A DNA stretch of 64,000 nt from Octopus sinensis (taxonomy: Eukaryota). Shown one piece after another: positions 1 through 13,360 of the stretch (position 1 is its first letter; every line of letters starts with the position of its first letter). The notes under the pieces were generated by a model. That model did no database searches. It saw only the letters and a program-made list of their open reading frames with translations, and had not been told where the DNA came from. A program made the position numbers and the translations under genes. The stretch spans positions 49,476,001-49,540,000 of the forward strand of contig NC_043010.1 in the NCBI RefSeq assembly GCF_006345805.1. The letters are read 5' to 3'.

Positions 1-327
1 CATTAATGAAAGTTGACAGCAAAGCTAAATTGGGGTGGAATGCATAATGTAAGATAATTACAGTGAGATCATATTGCTACATTTTGTAAAAGGTTATTTC
101 AGTAAATCCACAATGTCTTAATTTTTAAGAAATAAAATTGTTACGCTTAATAGCTAATCAAATTATATCATTGACAAAAGATAAAGAAATTTAGTGAATT
201 GTAAGCAATTTAATATAAACACTCTATAAAGATTTAAATTTCACTTTAATTTGTAACTAGCACTAACACACTATCTTAAAGATAACATTTTGGTAGTGAC
301 ATGAGCTATTATATAAAGAGAGATTAT

Positions 328-555
328 TTAGCCCTTTAGCATTCAAACCGGCCATATCCGGCCCCAATATTCTACTTGTTTTATGCCCAAATTTACCAGA
401 TCCAACCTTTCATACCTATCCCACAATGTGATTCTGAAAAATAAACAATCACATCATTGAAATCTTGAAGCTATGAGATAATGCATGGTTGATTCAAACC
501 AATGTGAATAAATAAACATTACATCTGACAAAATAATCTGAATGCTAAAGGGTTA
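328..555 (+). mobile_element. TTAA-flanked ~220-bp MITE (piggyBac-like ends), copy 1
   Basis: TIR (ttaa)ccctttagcatt ... aatgctaaaggg(ttaa); the body is shared with 10 other copies in the window. Confidence 0.85.
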
Positions 556-3500
556 GTGTACATTTTTGTATGAGAATAAATGAGAAATACTCATGTAAGG
601 GATTCCTCATTGGCTAGAAACATTTGTTATTATTTAGCTTCAATGTAGCCCTTAATGAGTAGATTTACAACAAAAGCGTTCAAGCAATTGCCATCTGTTA
701 TATTCTCTTATCTCATCTTTTATACAGACACAATGTATCTAGGATTGGTTAATCCAATATGTTTTCTTTTAATATAGATAGGATGTAATGAAATTTGGCT
801 GCCATTTCTAGCAGGTCAAGTGACCATGTAGAGATTACCTTATGTGTGTTGTTGTTTAGCTCTAAATTAACTCTAACCAAGCAGACTTATGATGAAAGAC
901 TTTCCAGCCATAATTATCAGTCTATTTTTACTTTCTGGGAGTGGGAAGGGGTCTAGGATTATACTACCAGTGTGTGTCCTTCCTTGTTTAAGATTTGACT
1001 ATGGTTTATAGAAGATATGGCAGTTGTTTTACTTCACATAGCCCTTATCAAGTTAGTGTTGTCAATCTCACTTAGTGTTTAGCCTGACTTACATTCGCTT
1101 TGATTATTATTCTATACAAACTCACAACATAAATTCAGGGCGGAAGTGTTTAGCAAGAGTCTTAAAAAGAGTGATATGAATAAGCTGAATTTACCAATTC
1201 GTTTCACAGCAAAGAGTGACTTGTGATACTACTTTATTATATAAACCAATGAAAATTATTTGCTTCAATACTTGGTAGCTTTTCCAAATGGTTACACTTT
1301 CAATACTAGCCTCGGCTTGTTTTTATGTTGCCTAGAGCAACAACAACTAGAAAATGCTATAACTTGTGAAATAACAATGTGATTCAAAGCAGAGCCTTAT
1401 TCAGTAAAAGCCAGGAAAATTGCCTTCACAATTAAAATACTAAGCGACATCAAATACTTTATTCATCAATGCTTATATGTGCCGGAAGCAAAGGAATATA
1501 CTAGCAGTGTTTAATAAGAGGAAAATAGATATATTTTTGCAATCTCACTACACTAAAAGAAATTCCAAGAAATTTTGCAAAACAAAACTGATAAAATAGA
1601 TTAAAAAGTAACTTTGCTGTATTATCTATAGACATTTTTTTTTTATTATTAAGAATAGCGTTATAGATAAAAAAAAAAATTAAGTAAATTTTATTTATAC
1701 AAAAATACACCTGCCTAATTAGAAATGTTTTGCATGCTAGGCCAATAAGAATGTATTTTGAATATTTTCTGTAAATTTTTACAACATTTAGTATTTTAGC
1801 TGATATTTCTGTCAGAAATAGTATACGAATGATTGACTTTTGAGATAATCCTGATCATTATTATTATGTCTGTTTTTCTATACTGGCACATATAGAATAT
1901 GGTTTAAAACAAAATACAATAAGCTACCAATACAAATATGTGTGGATGTGACAATGACTCAGTTTTACTATCTGCAAAAAAGTAGGCATGAAATATCAAA
2001 GCATTCCAGTTATTACAGAGTATGTGCAACTGGAATCAAACCTACTACTGTGATCCAGACAAGGAATTGGCTGGATAAATGACAATGGAATGCACATTTT
2101 CATCTGGTTGTTGTTAATGGTAACTGAATTGTGTAACCATTTAAGACTGATAAACAAATGAAAGAAGACCAAATTTGAGAGTCACTTTCAAGTAATACAT
2201 CAACTACTTTTATATATTAAAGATCTAACTGGACAAGACTGATCTGTGCTAATTAAAAGTAATTGTCTGTTGACTGCACACCAGTCTCTACTACATAAAA
2301 TATCACACAGAAAATTCATATGAATGACAACTGTAATTAGTACCACACAGACATTCTATTACAAATCTGAAAAGGACATAGCACGACACCAGTAACAGTT
2401 CTTTGTCCTCTGTTCAATAATATTTGCTTCATGATTTTAGTTTGATAAATATTTGTGGAGAGAATAGCTACCAAGAACTAAGCAAATAAATATTGGAGGA
2501 TAGTAGGAAAAAAAAAATCAATTTAGCCTTTACAAAGTAGACATGAGGCTATTAATGGTGATGTTACTAACTATACATTAATATATCATTTGCAATACAT
2601 CTAATCTTTGCTGTCGTGGTAAAATAGATTTTAAAACTATGACAATGATGGTGTATTCATAAATTTAAACTACAATTATTTTTTGGCTTTCTTGAATGCA
2701 AAGTTATATTTTAAAATGTATTCAATGAGCAGAAAATAATATTAAGAATGAATAAATTATAAAGTCTCTCCTCAGCATGGCTATTCAGGTAATGTTAATA
2801 GTTCCTAGAACTACAAGAGCTGTGCTATGACTTCTCTTGAGTTTTTTAAAGAATAGATACAAAGCTCTTCAAATGTGAAGGGAAAAAGGAGAGAAAGAAA
2901 AGTCTTGAGAAGGTTTGTATCTACATAAAGAATATAATCAGATGTGTTCAACTATGAATATTTGTATGGCTGCAAGCAAATGCTTGTAAATACATTTAAT
3001 GAGTAAAATCCAAACTGAAGCAGTTGAAAGAAAAATTGAAATGCTACAGCTGAAGTAGAAAGAAATTCAGCCAAGCAATATGCGGTGGTAGTAGTGGGAA
3101 TGGAGCATTTCTTTAACAATACAGCTTTCAAGTTATCGAAGCGAATGAACAAACATAATTGATTCCAGTGGCGGGAAACGTCCAAGTGAATGGTTGAAAG
3201 AGTATAGAGAAATAGCTACAAAGCCAAATAGAAGAGTTGGCAAGCAGAACTCCTAGTTTTTAGGTTCACTCACAACCATTAGACAAAACAGGATTTGAAA
3301 AAGTTGAAAATATTTTTTGTTTTGCAAACAACTCAAAGCATCATTTCCAACAACAAAGGAACACAGAAACTAAGCCATTAAGCTACTGGGATGAAATATA
3401 TGAGAAAAGTCCATAAATTCCAGCTGGGCTTCATATTTTCTCTCTTATTCTCATTCCAAATTATGCTGAATATGCATTGTATATCTTTGAGAGTGATTGT

Positions 3501-5833
3501 AATATTTTATGCTAAAAATATTTAAGCAAATCAAGAACTACAAGCTAGTGATTATTTAATAATGAATTAATGGTTGCTTTTCATTCTTGAAAATAAATAA
3601 AATATCCATTATTCTTTTATTCTTTGGTGTTTCAGCCCAAAGGCTGTGGACATACTGCTGAGATATATTCAACTCCAGAAATGATTAACATAAATTTTTC
3701 TATGTGTAAGCACATATACACATATCAGAGTATGTTTATAAATGCTATGAGTGACCACATGTATATGTGTGAGTACTCACAAATGCATGAGCACACATAT
3801 ATGTATGAGTGTTCAGGTGTATAATTTTAGAGGATACAGGATATACAAAAATATGTAATAAATTAATCCCCAGATGACTGAAATATTTTTCTAAGTCTCT
3901 TTTAGAAAGTCTAACCAATACAGGTCTCTACATTACCATCTGATTTAGTTGTGCTGGAAAACTATAGACAACTACTAGAAACTAATCAGATGCTAATTTT
4001 CTAAACAAAACTGTCAATACAAACAGTTGTTCTTTTAACTCCAGAGTAACCTTGTTTGAAATGACCTACAAGTGATCAAAGGTATTCTGGCCATGGCCAT
4101 CCAGTCTTTTTATTCTGAAACTACATCTTGTTCCACATCAACAATGCGTACCTTCTTTTTTATAGACAGTAGGGTGTGATAGAAAGATTTGGCTGGAATT
4201 TCTAGTGGGTTGAGCAACCACATATGAGAAACCAGTGCACAAGTTTAATGGGTGAGTGTGAAGTCTAAACTCCATAACAAACCAGCCAGCTTGTTAAAGT
4301 TTACAGTAATGCCTAGTTATGAAAGGTTGATCAAATAAGCACTTGTAAACTTGCAAGAAAAACAAAAAAGTTATATAAGAGTGGGGAAGGGACATGAGGG
4401 GACCTCAAGCATTTAAAATTAACTTAATAAGAAATGGTGGTGTCGCTCCTTTCCCCACTCCCAAATTACAACAGATGGTTGTTCTAAGTATGCCAGTATC
4501 AGGCACCTAAAAACGATACTTTTATTATTAGAAAGAGTAAAATATTCTGTGAGGAAACTAAAAAATATGGTGTACAAAAAGGAAAAATAAATACCAAAAT
4601 AGAGCAACTGCTGTTACTAGTTTTTATCTTAGGAGGCTCTCTGATCGTTTTAGCAACTGAGTCCATAACCAAATTTTTATGCCTCAGTATGCCACTACCA
4701 AACGTTGATCTATATACAGAATTTTCCACGAGAGAAACATATAAACTACCATATTTTCTTAACACATTTTTGTGGGGTTTCTCTTTTATAAATGCCAACA
4801 AAGCTGCAATAAAATATTGGCTATCACATTTTATGTTGATGTCTAAATTTGTACATCTAATCATCTAATGCTAACATGACAAACTTAAAAGTATGTTTAC
4901 GAGATTTCACAAATGGTAGATGATCTTCTAACTATTCCCCTCACCTTCAATTGTTTACAATTTTGTGTTTTCATCTGTCTACATTATTTATGCTTCAACT
5001 GAAAATCAGCCAGCTCATTGATTCTCTCCAAGTGTCATTTTCTCTCACACTTTTGGAAGTAGAAAATTTGGAATATACAGAGTGTGTTTATGTGTATAGT
5101 TAATGTTTAAAGCAAGTAAAGACTACAAAAATATTATTTTAGCACAATGTTCTATGATCAAAAGTATTCTAACTGTGACCATGGTGTCCTATATATACAG
5201 TAGTAATGGATTCACCTAAACTTGCATGCAAAATTTGGTAGATGAACCTGTGGAATTCTGTTATATATATATATATACCAAATATGGGAATGTGTGTATG
5301 CGTGTGTATGTACACATTTGCATATCAGTGTAAAGCTTTTGTGTCAGCCTCTTTATGCTTAACAAAGGTCAAACTAAAGCATTGATATACAGAGATTGAT
5401 AAAATAAGTACAAGACTAAAATGAGTAATGGAGTTAATATGGAGGTGGTTCCCCTCTAAAACCACATTAAAATTACCAAAATCAGTAAATGATCTTAAAA
5501 GGACGAACACATCTGTACAGCAAAGATATAGGACTAATGACCAGAGTCACTGGTTGAAATACAGCCTACATTTCTATTTCTCGGTTTTTCTAAATGACAA
5601 TAGTTTCAGTTACCACTTTAGTGTTGAATGGTTGCAGGAGAATAGACATTCAGCAAAAATAATTTTGGTTACAGAGCTAATTAGAGAATGGTGAAATAAT
5701 ATACAAACAAACATCTAGAACAGATATGAATTATCAAAGTAAGATGGAAAAGTAGCATTTAAGGTGGTAACAATCTATGATATTCAATAAATCCTGGTAT
5801 AAAGCAAAAGAAAAAGAAGAAAAAAAAACTTAC

Positions 5834-5954
5834 TTTCTCTCTCTTTATAAGTTGTGGATGAACAAATTTTCTGTACAAGAAACTGGATCCCTTGGTAACA
5901 GGAGATAACAACCATAGTACGAATACTATTTTTATTTCGTAATAAAATGGAAGC
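5834..5954 (-). CDS. REEP: REEP1-4-type gene, conserved 121-nt internal exon (exon 4 equivalent): (W)[40 protein letters not shown]
   Basis: Minus-strand acceptor tttcattttatttcag| and donor GAGAAA|gtaagt. The translation matches the TB2/DP1/HVA22 motif PFYYExK...[20 protein letters not shown]. Length and phases match the recalled vertebrate REEP1 exon 4. The ORF track shows this stretch in a different frame. Confidence 0.97.
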
Positions 5955-8100
5955 CTGAAATAAAATGAAATCAGATAGGGAACAAAATAAAATATCTTTC
6001 AAGGTAGTAGTTCAGATGAGATAAAAGAAATTCTTAATGCTTTCAAAGTATAGAATTGACTAGAACATCTGAAATTTTGTTTATAGTAAGAGACTAAAGT
6101 TGCTGAAAAAAAATTTATGTCTGCAGATAACTAGGTGTAAATATTATTTAATGCTTTTTTCTCTGTCTTTTTTGTTTTCTTTTTCCTACTTTCTATATCT
6201 CTTTAGCATTATCTAGCAAATAGGATTTATATAGTAACTAATATTGATGTTTCCAACAGAACAAAACTAGGAAAACATAAGACATGGTTGGTACAAGTTG
6301 ATTAAAATATTTAAGTACATTCTGGTATGAAACTGTCAGCAGATGTAAATTAACATTTGGTGCTTAACTAAGTATATTTTAACTTTATATACCCTAATAC
6401 ACCCAAGTTTGGCAATATTTTTATCTTGGCAGTTTATCTTTTCTAGCTTGCTTTATTCAATTACTAAAGAGACGTTTTATTAGCATAATCTACTAAAAAA
6501 AATCTTACTGCTGAAGATGCTTATAATCTTTCAAAATAATCAAGTACATAATTTTTTGGAATTCAATATAACACTCTAATATTAGACTCTGTTGTGTTTC
6601 TCATAAGAGGGAAAGGAATGGTATTTGTCAGTTTTTGGGTGTATGGAGGCTGGTATTTGTGTGTTGAGAACTGCTGATATAGTAAGGTGGCTCCCACAAC
6701 TTAAAAATAAATACTCATCAACATATAGTTTGAAGTTTTGATTTTGATTCTTTTCAACTGCTAATTATGTTTTATTTCATTTGACACAAAACTACCTTAG
6801 ATTACGGTACAAACTTTGTGTTTTAAAGTGATCTAAATTAAAACTGTCTATCCAAGTTTCATGTTAATTTATGACCCCAAAATCAGCTTAATGCTGACAA
6901 AGATATTTTCCGAAATTTTTTATTATTTTCAAAAGTAATCAAAATAAAGGCAGTCAATTTCAACAAGAATATGATAGCAAAAGAGTTAAACTTTTCAGTG
7001 GTCTTCAAGAAAAAATTGGAAATGGTATGCAACTGAGAATTATAAATTTTGTAAATTTGGCAAAATCAGAGTTCTACTAAGAAAGCTTAATTTCTATTCA
7101 GTTTCACCCCAGATGGTAATTTAAAAATATTTATACTATAATTTTTTTTCATCCATTAAAATTTTCAGTTTCCTCTGTATATTTCAGATTATATTACATA
7201 TCATTTGTTATGAATTTTGTATTGAAAGCAAAATGTAAAGTTTATTTGCTCTTAGGATGGGTTACTTAGCATTATTCTCATCCCTACAATTTATCCACAA
7301 ATCTATTTCACACAAGATAACTGTTTGTTTTCATCTTTTGTATGTATTTCCTTACTTTTTCTTTTCTCTAGGCAAAAAATTGAAGAAAAAAGGAATGAAA
7401 GCAAGATATGTAAATTTATTACTTCTCCTTCCTCTGTTATAACATTAATTCTCAACATAATGTTTTTCTACTTGTGTATGTTTTTTTTCTTTAAACTTCT
7501 ATAGTGATTAATTTGATTTGCTTAGCCATATATATCTTTTGTACAAAGAAACAATAGCATTTTCAAAACTTGAGAGAGAGATTTTAGATGCCCTTTCTAT
7601 GTGTGAAGTAGTTATAGAAAGAGAGACAAAGTGTGATATAAAAATATGTAAAGAAAATATTAGAATCTAAATCACTTCATGAAATTTTCTGAACATATGA
7701 ATAAAAAAAAAAAGAGCAGGATATTAATCAAAATGGCTAAAATTTTCATTACTGAAAGCAGTTTAATTACAAATAAGAAATTTTAAAGCTAACATAAACT
7801 ACTGGTAATTAGGAATAGTTCCCTGTACTTTGGGAGTACCAATAGATATAATTTCAAACCAAATGGTTTTAGAAATACAATAAAAAAAATAAAAAATAAA
7901 AACGTAATACATTCGGAAAAATCAATAGTGGTATAATCTATTTTGTAAATAAGTGAACATTGTTAAAAGAGAATTGTTAAAGTTAGTTATTTAAAGTATT
8001 GAAGTTTATAGTTTATCTTTACAACTACTCAGGGACATCATTGTTATGGAGGAAGAGATTGCAATTCTCTATTGCTTCAACAATCTCTCTCCCACTCTTC

Positions 8101-8330
8101 ATAATAATAATAATGATTTCAAATTTTGGAACAAGGCCAGCAATTGTGATGGCAGGTTAAGTCGATTACATTGACACCAGTGCTCAGCTGGTGTTTATTT
8201 TATCGACCCTGAAATGATAAAAAGCTAAGTTGACTGTGACAGAATTTGAGCTCAGAACATAAAAACAGACAAAAAAATTGTTGCTAAGCATTTTGCCTGG
8301 TGTGCTAATAGTTCTGCCAGCTTATTGTCT
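8101..8330 (-). mobile_element. Short-family SINE, decayed copy
   Basis: Colinear with the 49976-50445 copies. Further fragments at 22110-22405, 39580-39795, 54855-54920 and 55095-55240. Confidence 0.8.
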
Positions 8331-9391
8331 TCTTCATAAGACTAAGACTTAACTTTAAAGCAAGCTTTATGCAGGTATTTTTTACTATTTTTTTAAATAG
8401 ATATTGCAGTAAATGGGTATTAAAATTAACATTAAATATGAAAATAAGAAAAGTGCATGTGTGTATACATGTGGAAGCTATGCAGACTAATTTTCAAAAT
8501 GATAAAAAACAACAGAGAGAAAAAAAGGGTAGGCAAATCACTTCTTAAAGAAACTAGGCCATATGGAACTAAATAACTAGTGTGATGTGGATGCATTGAA
8601 GGAAAATGGACGGTAACCAGTAAGTATAGAAGACTTGGCTGATAAAGGATAGGTAGTATAACGGAAGATCAAAGGAGAAAGCATTTCAGAGCATTTATAT
8701 TAATGGAAAACACATATATAATGAATATTTATGAACATTTTAACTTATATGAAAGCCATGGGAAGTGGATCTGCCATAGAGAAAAGAGAAAATACTGTTA
8801 ATGGGCATTTCAGATTTATAAAACTACCCAAGTGTAAGAAAGAGTATAAGCAAGGAAATGAAAACTAGTACTTGGTATTACAAAGGTTAGTAGACTGTGC
8901 TTAATGGACAAATGATTCAAATAAAAATTTAATTATTGAAAGTGTATTGCAATTCAGACTTCTAGCCAGCATAATAACACATACAGGAAAAAACAATAAC
9001 AACAAAAGAAAACCCACAAGAAAGACAGCCGAGTGAATCAATAATTGAAAGGTACATTTCTTAATAATGTTTTAAAGTTTTTCTTTCCATTTTACAAAAG
9101 TGAGATTGTTTTCTGAGTATTTCTGTTCAAGAAATTATGATATCTATGGTCTTCAGGTACATTGGAATAAACATGCAAATGAGACAGGATTATATCATCT
9201 AATATCTAATTTCCCTTTTTTTTTCTCTTCTTGTATTTACATATATTAGAACTGTTCTGTATGGAATATGTTCTATTTTTGAAGTTATGCTTTTAATATG
9301 CCATTGTAATAATGAATAGCAAAGTTAAAAGATTCCTTGTTAGAGAATAAGTTGGATATACACTTACTAATATTATTAACCTATGTTTTTA

Positions 9392-9612
9392 TTAACCCTT
9401 TAGCATTCAAATTACTCTGTCAAATTTAATGCTTATTCATTCACATAGCTTTGGAGTCATCATGCATACTCTCATAACTTTGAGATTTCAAGGATGTGAT
9501 TGCATATTTTTAGAATGACAATGTAGGGTAGGTGTGAGACGTCAGATCTAGCACGTTTGAACAGGTAGAATATTTGGGCCAGATACGACCAATTTAAATG
9601 CTAAAGGGTTAA
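9392..9612 (-). mobile_element. TTAA MITE copy 2
   Basis: Same TIRs with TTAA on both sides; body reversed relative to copy 1. Confidence 0.88.
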
Positions 9613-10164
9613 GGATTATTCAGGATACAATTGGAATTATATCAACATGCTGCAATTTGTCTTTAGGTTTATGATATGTGCAATATTTTATCAGTAACAA
9701 AACTACTGTAGTTTTTAAAGCTAACACTTTGAATACGTTGAAGTACTTCTTCCTGACAGCATCCATTGAGGTGTTCATATTGTGCAAAATGAATAGTCCA
9801 TAACCACGGTAGAGACTGAATTAGAATCTCTTCCAGTATGTGAATTTAAGTCTAAGATGTACAATTGTATTAATTCACAAACTGCAGCCCCAATGTATAA
9901 ATCCCATGGTTACATCAAACAATACCTGGCCATTATAAAAAGAATTATCATAAAATAGCAAGAAAAGATTTCCTCGTATGCATAGCATTAATGTTAGAAG
10001 CACTAATTGGAATAAAACCTCTACTGAATTCTAAAGCTTTTTCAATAAGTAATTGGACTACAGATGGGAAAGTACTGTATTATATTGAACTGTATAAATT
10101 TACAAAGGTGCTTATTATCTATGCTATCAAGTCACTTGACAACTGATAATGGAAGAGAAGTTGC

Positions 10165-11376
10165 ATGTTTAATGTTGAAGACCATAAAGATAATTTTCTT
10201 GCCAACCCCAAATATAGGGAAAATGTAACAGGGGAGCTTAGAAATAATATTTCACCAGTTGGTTCAATAACATACATAATAAGTAAATTTATGCAGTTTC
10301 ATACAATAGAATTCCAACCAACTGTAACTCAATCCCTTCTTGAAAAAGCTTTAGATTTAGTAATAGTTTTATTGCAATTAATGGTTCTAATATTAATATT
10401 ATTATGCATGCAAGGATATCTTTGTACTTTTGCAATTATTCTTTTCAGGATTGGCCTGGAGTTGTTTGAAGTAACCTTGAGATTGTTCAATGAGGCTGAA
10501 GTTTGTGATAAGATTATACATCTTATACTTACTTCAGAAAAGATTCTGCTACGCAGAATTCAGTCTCTATGAATTAGTAGGAAACACATTCATTTTGTTT
10601 GACCACGCATTGGATACTCTAAGGAAGAAATTCATCAACATTTCCAAAGAGTACAAGCTTAATGAGATACTAAGAATAGTTAACTCTGGATTTTAGTACT
10701 GGTAAATACTGGCATCATTGTAAACCTATTGACAAATAGCAATATATTATAAAATTCCAGCTATCTTCCAATAATCCTTGGAAACTTAATATTGGTTAAC
10801 ACATATCTGGATTATCCATTTTCAATGTAGCTTTTAGTTGTACTAACCATTGTTACATCGATGTACTAAAAGACAATGGTTTTAGTTTCAAAGATATAAT
10901 ACATTTATACAGAATAACACTAAACTTCATAAACACATATATAAGAAGCTATCTGAAGGATTGAATTTCATATACACCTCTAGATAGCTTATTCCGAAAT
11001 CCTATAAATAAACCTTTCCTTGTGGATTGTAGATATCATAAGATCTTTAATAGGAATAGTATAAGAGTGAGATACTGTTGCACCAAAATCATCACTGTTC
11101 CCACAACCAGCTCAAACACATAAAAATTTTTCAGTATGGATAGAAAAACCTTTCTATATAATTGCAACAACCCTCTGAATAACATGTATCTTTCTAAAAT
11201 GTTTGCTTACCGAGTTATGTTTCTTTTGCAAATAAGCGTGAAACAGGGGTGACTGGTAAACCTTTTAAAAGAAGCTTCACACAACATATGCATACATTCA
11301 GACATGCAGAATGATGACTCACTACTTCACTTTACAAATAAATCAGGAGTTTCATAGATGATAGTATTAATGGTTA
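10165..11376 (+). mobile_element. Decayed Penelope-like retroelement, RT region and start of the GIY-YIG endonuclease
   Basis: Translated remnants: EDHKDNFLANPKYR, FMQFHTIEFQPTVTQSLLEKALD, LFEVTLRLFNEAEVCD (cf. FDVTMGSYDGAEVCE), FSLYELVG (degenerate YRDD region), YHKIFNRNSIRVRYCCT, and TGKPFKRSFTQHMHTFRH. Many stops and frameshifts. The 5' boundary is approximate. Confidence 0.85.
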
Positions 11377-13072
11377 CACTGGGGAACAGGGTTTTTGTTG
11401 TCTGATGTTGGAGATGTGTTTCCTACTAATTGGGGGGGGGGGCTGATTTAAAAATTGAAATCCATTTTGCTCTATCATGTAAAGATTTTTTACAAACTGA
11501 GGCGTCCATTTTTCAACATTTCTGGTATTGTCACCATTTCTAAGGAGAGATTTGACTTCCTCAAATGCAAACCCATGTATGGAGCTTAACATAACTTTAA
11601 AAACATAGTTTTTCAATGTCATTTAAAGTAAACACAACTACAAAAGTGAAAACAAAACTTATTATTTAAGTATCTTTAGTAAATAAAGAGTATCAAACTT
11701 GAGCAACTTTCAGTATTTTCAACCTAACCAGTTTCAAATGTCATGATGATGACAGAAATGCCCTTTATACAATCAGATGTTAAAAAACAATATATATGAG
11801 GCACCATATGTATCATATTTGCAGAATTTATCTGTAGATATGCCCATGCTTTGCTTGATTTAGTGTGACTATTATTACAAAATAGATGAGACATGCTTTG
11901 TTGAAAATTGGTACTTTGAATGTGCCCTTAATGTTTTGATTGCGATGTCACATGGGTCAAGGTCACTTTTTGTTAAGCATGGTCAAAGAATTATAAAAAG
12001 AACTTAATGGTATGTATGCTTTTTATAGAACTTTGACATCACAAATCTGCATTTGCTTACTTTACAACTGTTGACTATTCTGAAAATGCTTTCTCAGCAG
12101 ACAACTAGCTTAAACATGTTTTGTATTTTAGAAATATGACCAGTTGTGAGAGAAGAGAATGTAAAAACAGTCCTGATGCTTTCTGCTTATTTCTGGATTA
12201 GGCAGTGAAACAAAATCGCAGATTTTGTGAAGAAAGCTTACCTTACATTTAGCATGAAACTGGGTGACAAGGCAAAGCATGGGCATCTCATATGGTGTGA
12301 AAAACATGTGTTGAAACACTGAGGTAGTGACCGCTTCAAATACTTAAGCAGAAAGTATCCAGCTTTGTCTTGTGAGAAAAATAAGGTTGGAGTGTTTGAT
12401 GGGCCACATATTAGGTGACTATCGCAGGACAAGCTATTTTTGAAGACCATGTCTGGCATTGAAAAAGAGGCATGGAATACTTTTGTTGCAGTTGTATTTG
12501 ATTTCCTGAGAAACTGGAAGTCATCAAATAATGAAGATCTTGTGAAGACCCTGTTAACCAGTTTTGAGTACTGGACTGCAACATGGACTACTTCCTTGAA
12601 AATCCTAAAGTAATAGTGATGAGCGAGGAAAAAGATTCCACCAAGACATCGAGAACATGGGGACTAGTTATCAAGGCAGATATAACACCAACATGGGGCT
12701 GTCTACTGCTAATCACTGCAAAGAGACTGTCATGATGCAATTTATTCACAACAAAGAGAAAGTTCATTGCTTGTGTAGTTCAAACTCCAGTTTGACAGAA
12801 ATATCTATTCTAAGATGTGTAATTAAAAATTTGTATAATATATATTAAACAATAAAATGTACTATTTGGTTTGTATTAGTTTCTTATTGCAGTCTTGCAT
12901 TTAATGGCAAAATTGACATTTTTTGGTAAAAGCAAAAATGAATTCCAGCTTAACAAAAAGCTTGATATGATAGAAAACTTCCGGGGGCATTTCTGAACCC
13001 AACACCATCAAATTAGGTAGGACTAATTGTGAAAAGCAAGACAACAAACTTTTTTTGAAATGTTTCCCAGTG
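11377..13072 (+). mobile_element. Chapaev3-type DNA transposon, internally deleted, with transposase remnants at about 12130-12720
   Basis: Termini CACTGGGGAACA ... TGTTTCCCAGTG with tta on both sides (3-bp TWA TSD). Remnants: CKNSPDAFC, YPALSCEKIKVGVFDGPHIR, EKEAWNTFVAVVFDFL, RFHQDIEN and YQGRYNTNM. The family assignment is from recall. Confidence 0.8.
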
Positions 13073-13360
13073 TTATAAAATTGATTAGGTCATTGTAGAA
13101 CATATCCTCTTACATTTATGGTTCCAAAAAGAGTGACCTTTATCTTTCAGAAAAGTATAAGATCCTGTTATAGCTTTTTGCAATTTTGAATGAAAAATCA
13201 GAATTGCTAAATTCTTGCAGATACTTCCATCAATATTTATTGAGGATTTTCCAACTACTAACTGGCCAAAATTGTTTACTTCCTATTATATAATTGATTT
13301 GTCGTACTCTGAAAAGATCACATACTGACGAAAAGAATTAGGTTATTCAGTAACAATAAA
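13073..13360 (+). mobile_element. 3' continuation of the same Penelope-like element after the Chapaev insertion
   Basis: YKID*VIVEH, SKKSDLYLSEKYKIL (cf. CNLCLxEKYxI) and ILNEKSELLNSCRY (cf. LNKRSELxSKCRH). A very decayed hammerhead-like core follows near 13309-13335. Confidence 0.75.

Noticed and set aside
1030-1070. EID codons as the start of REEP exon 5
   Set aside because: It reads EIDNTNLIRAM*, with no acceptor and no REEP similarity. Exon 5 is probably beyond position 1.
3624-3824. 66-aa ORF rich in M/Y/H
   Set aside because: It is a translation of a degenerate CA/TA microsatellite.
11374-11622. 82-aa minus-strand ORF
   Set aside because: It lies in the Chapaev subterminal region, its PPPP run comes from a G homopolymer, and I recognise no motif.
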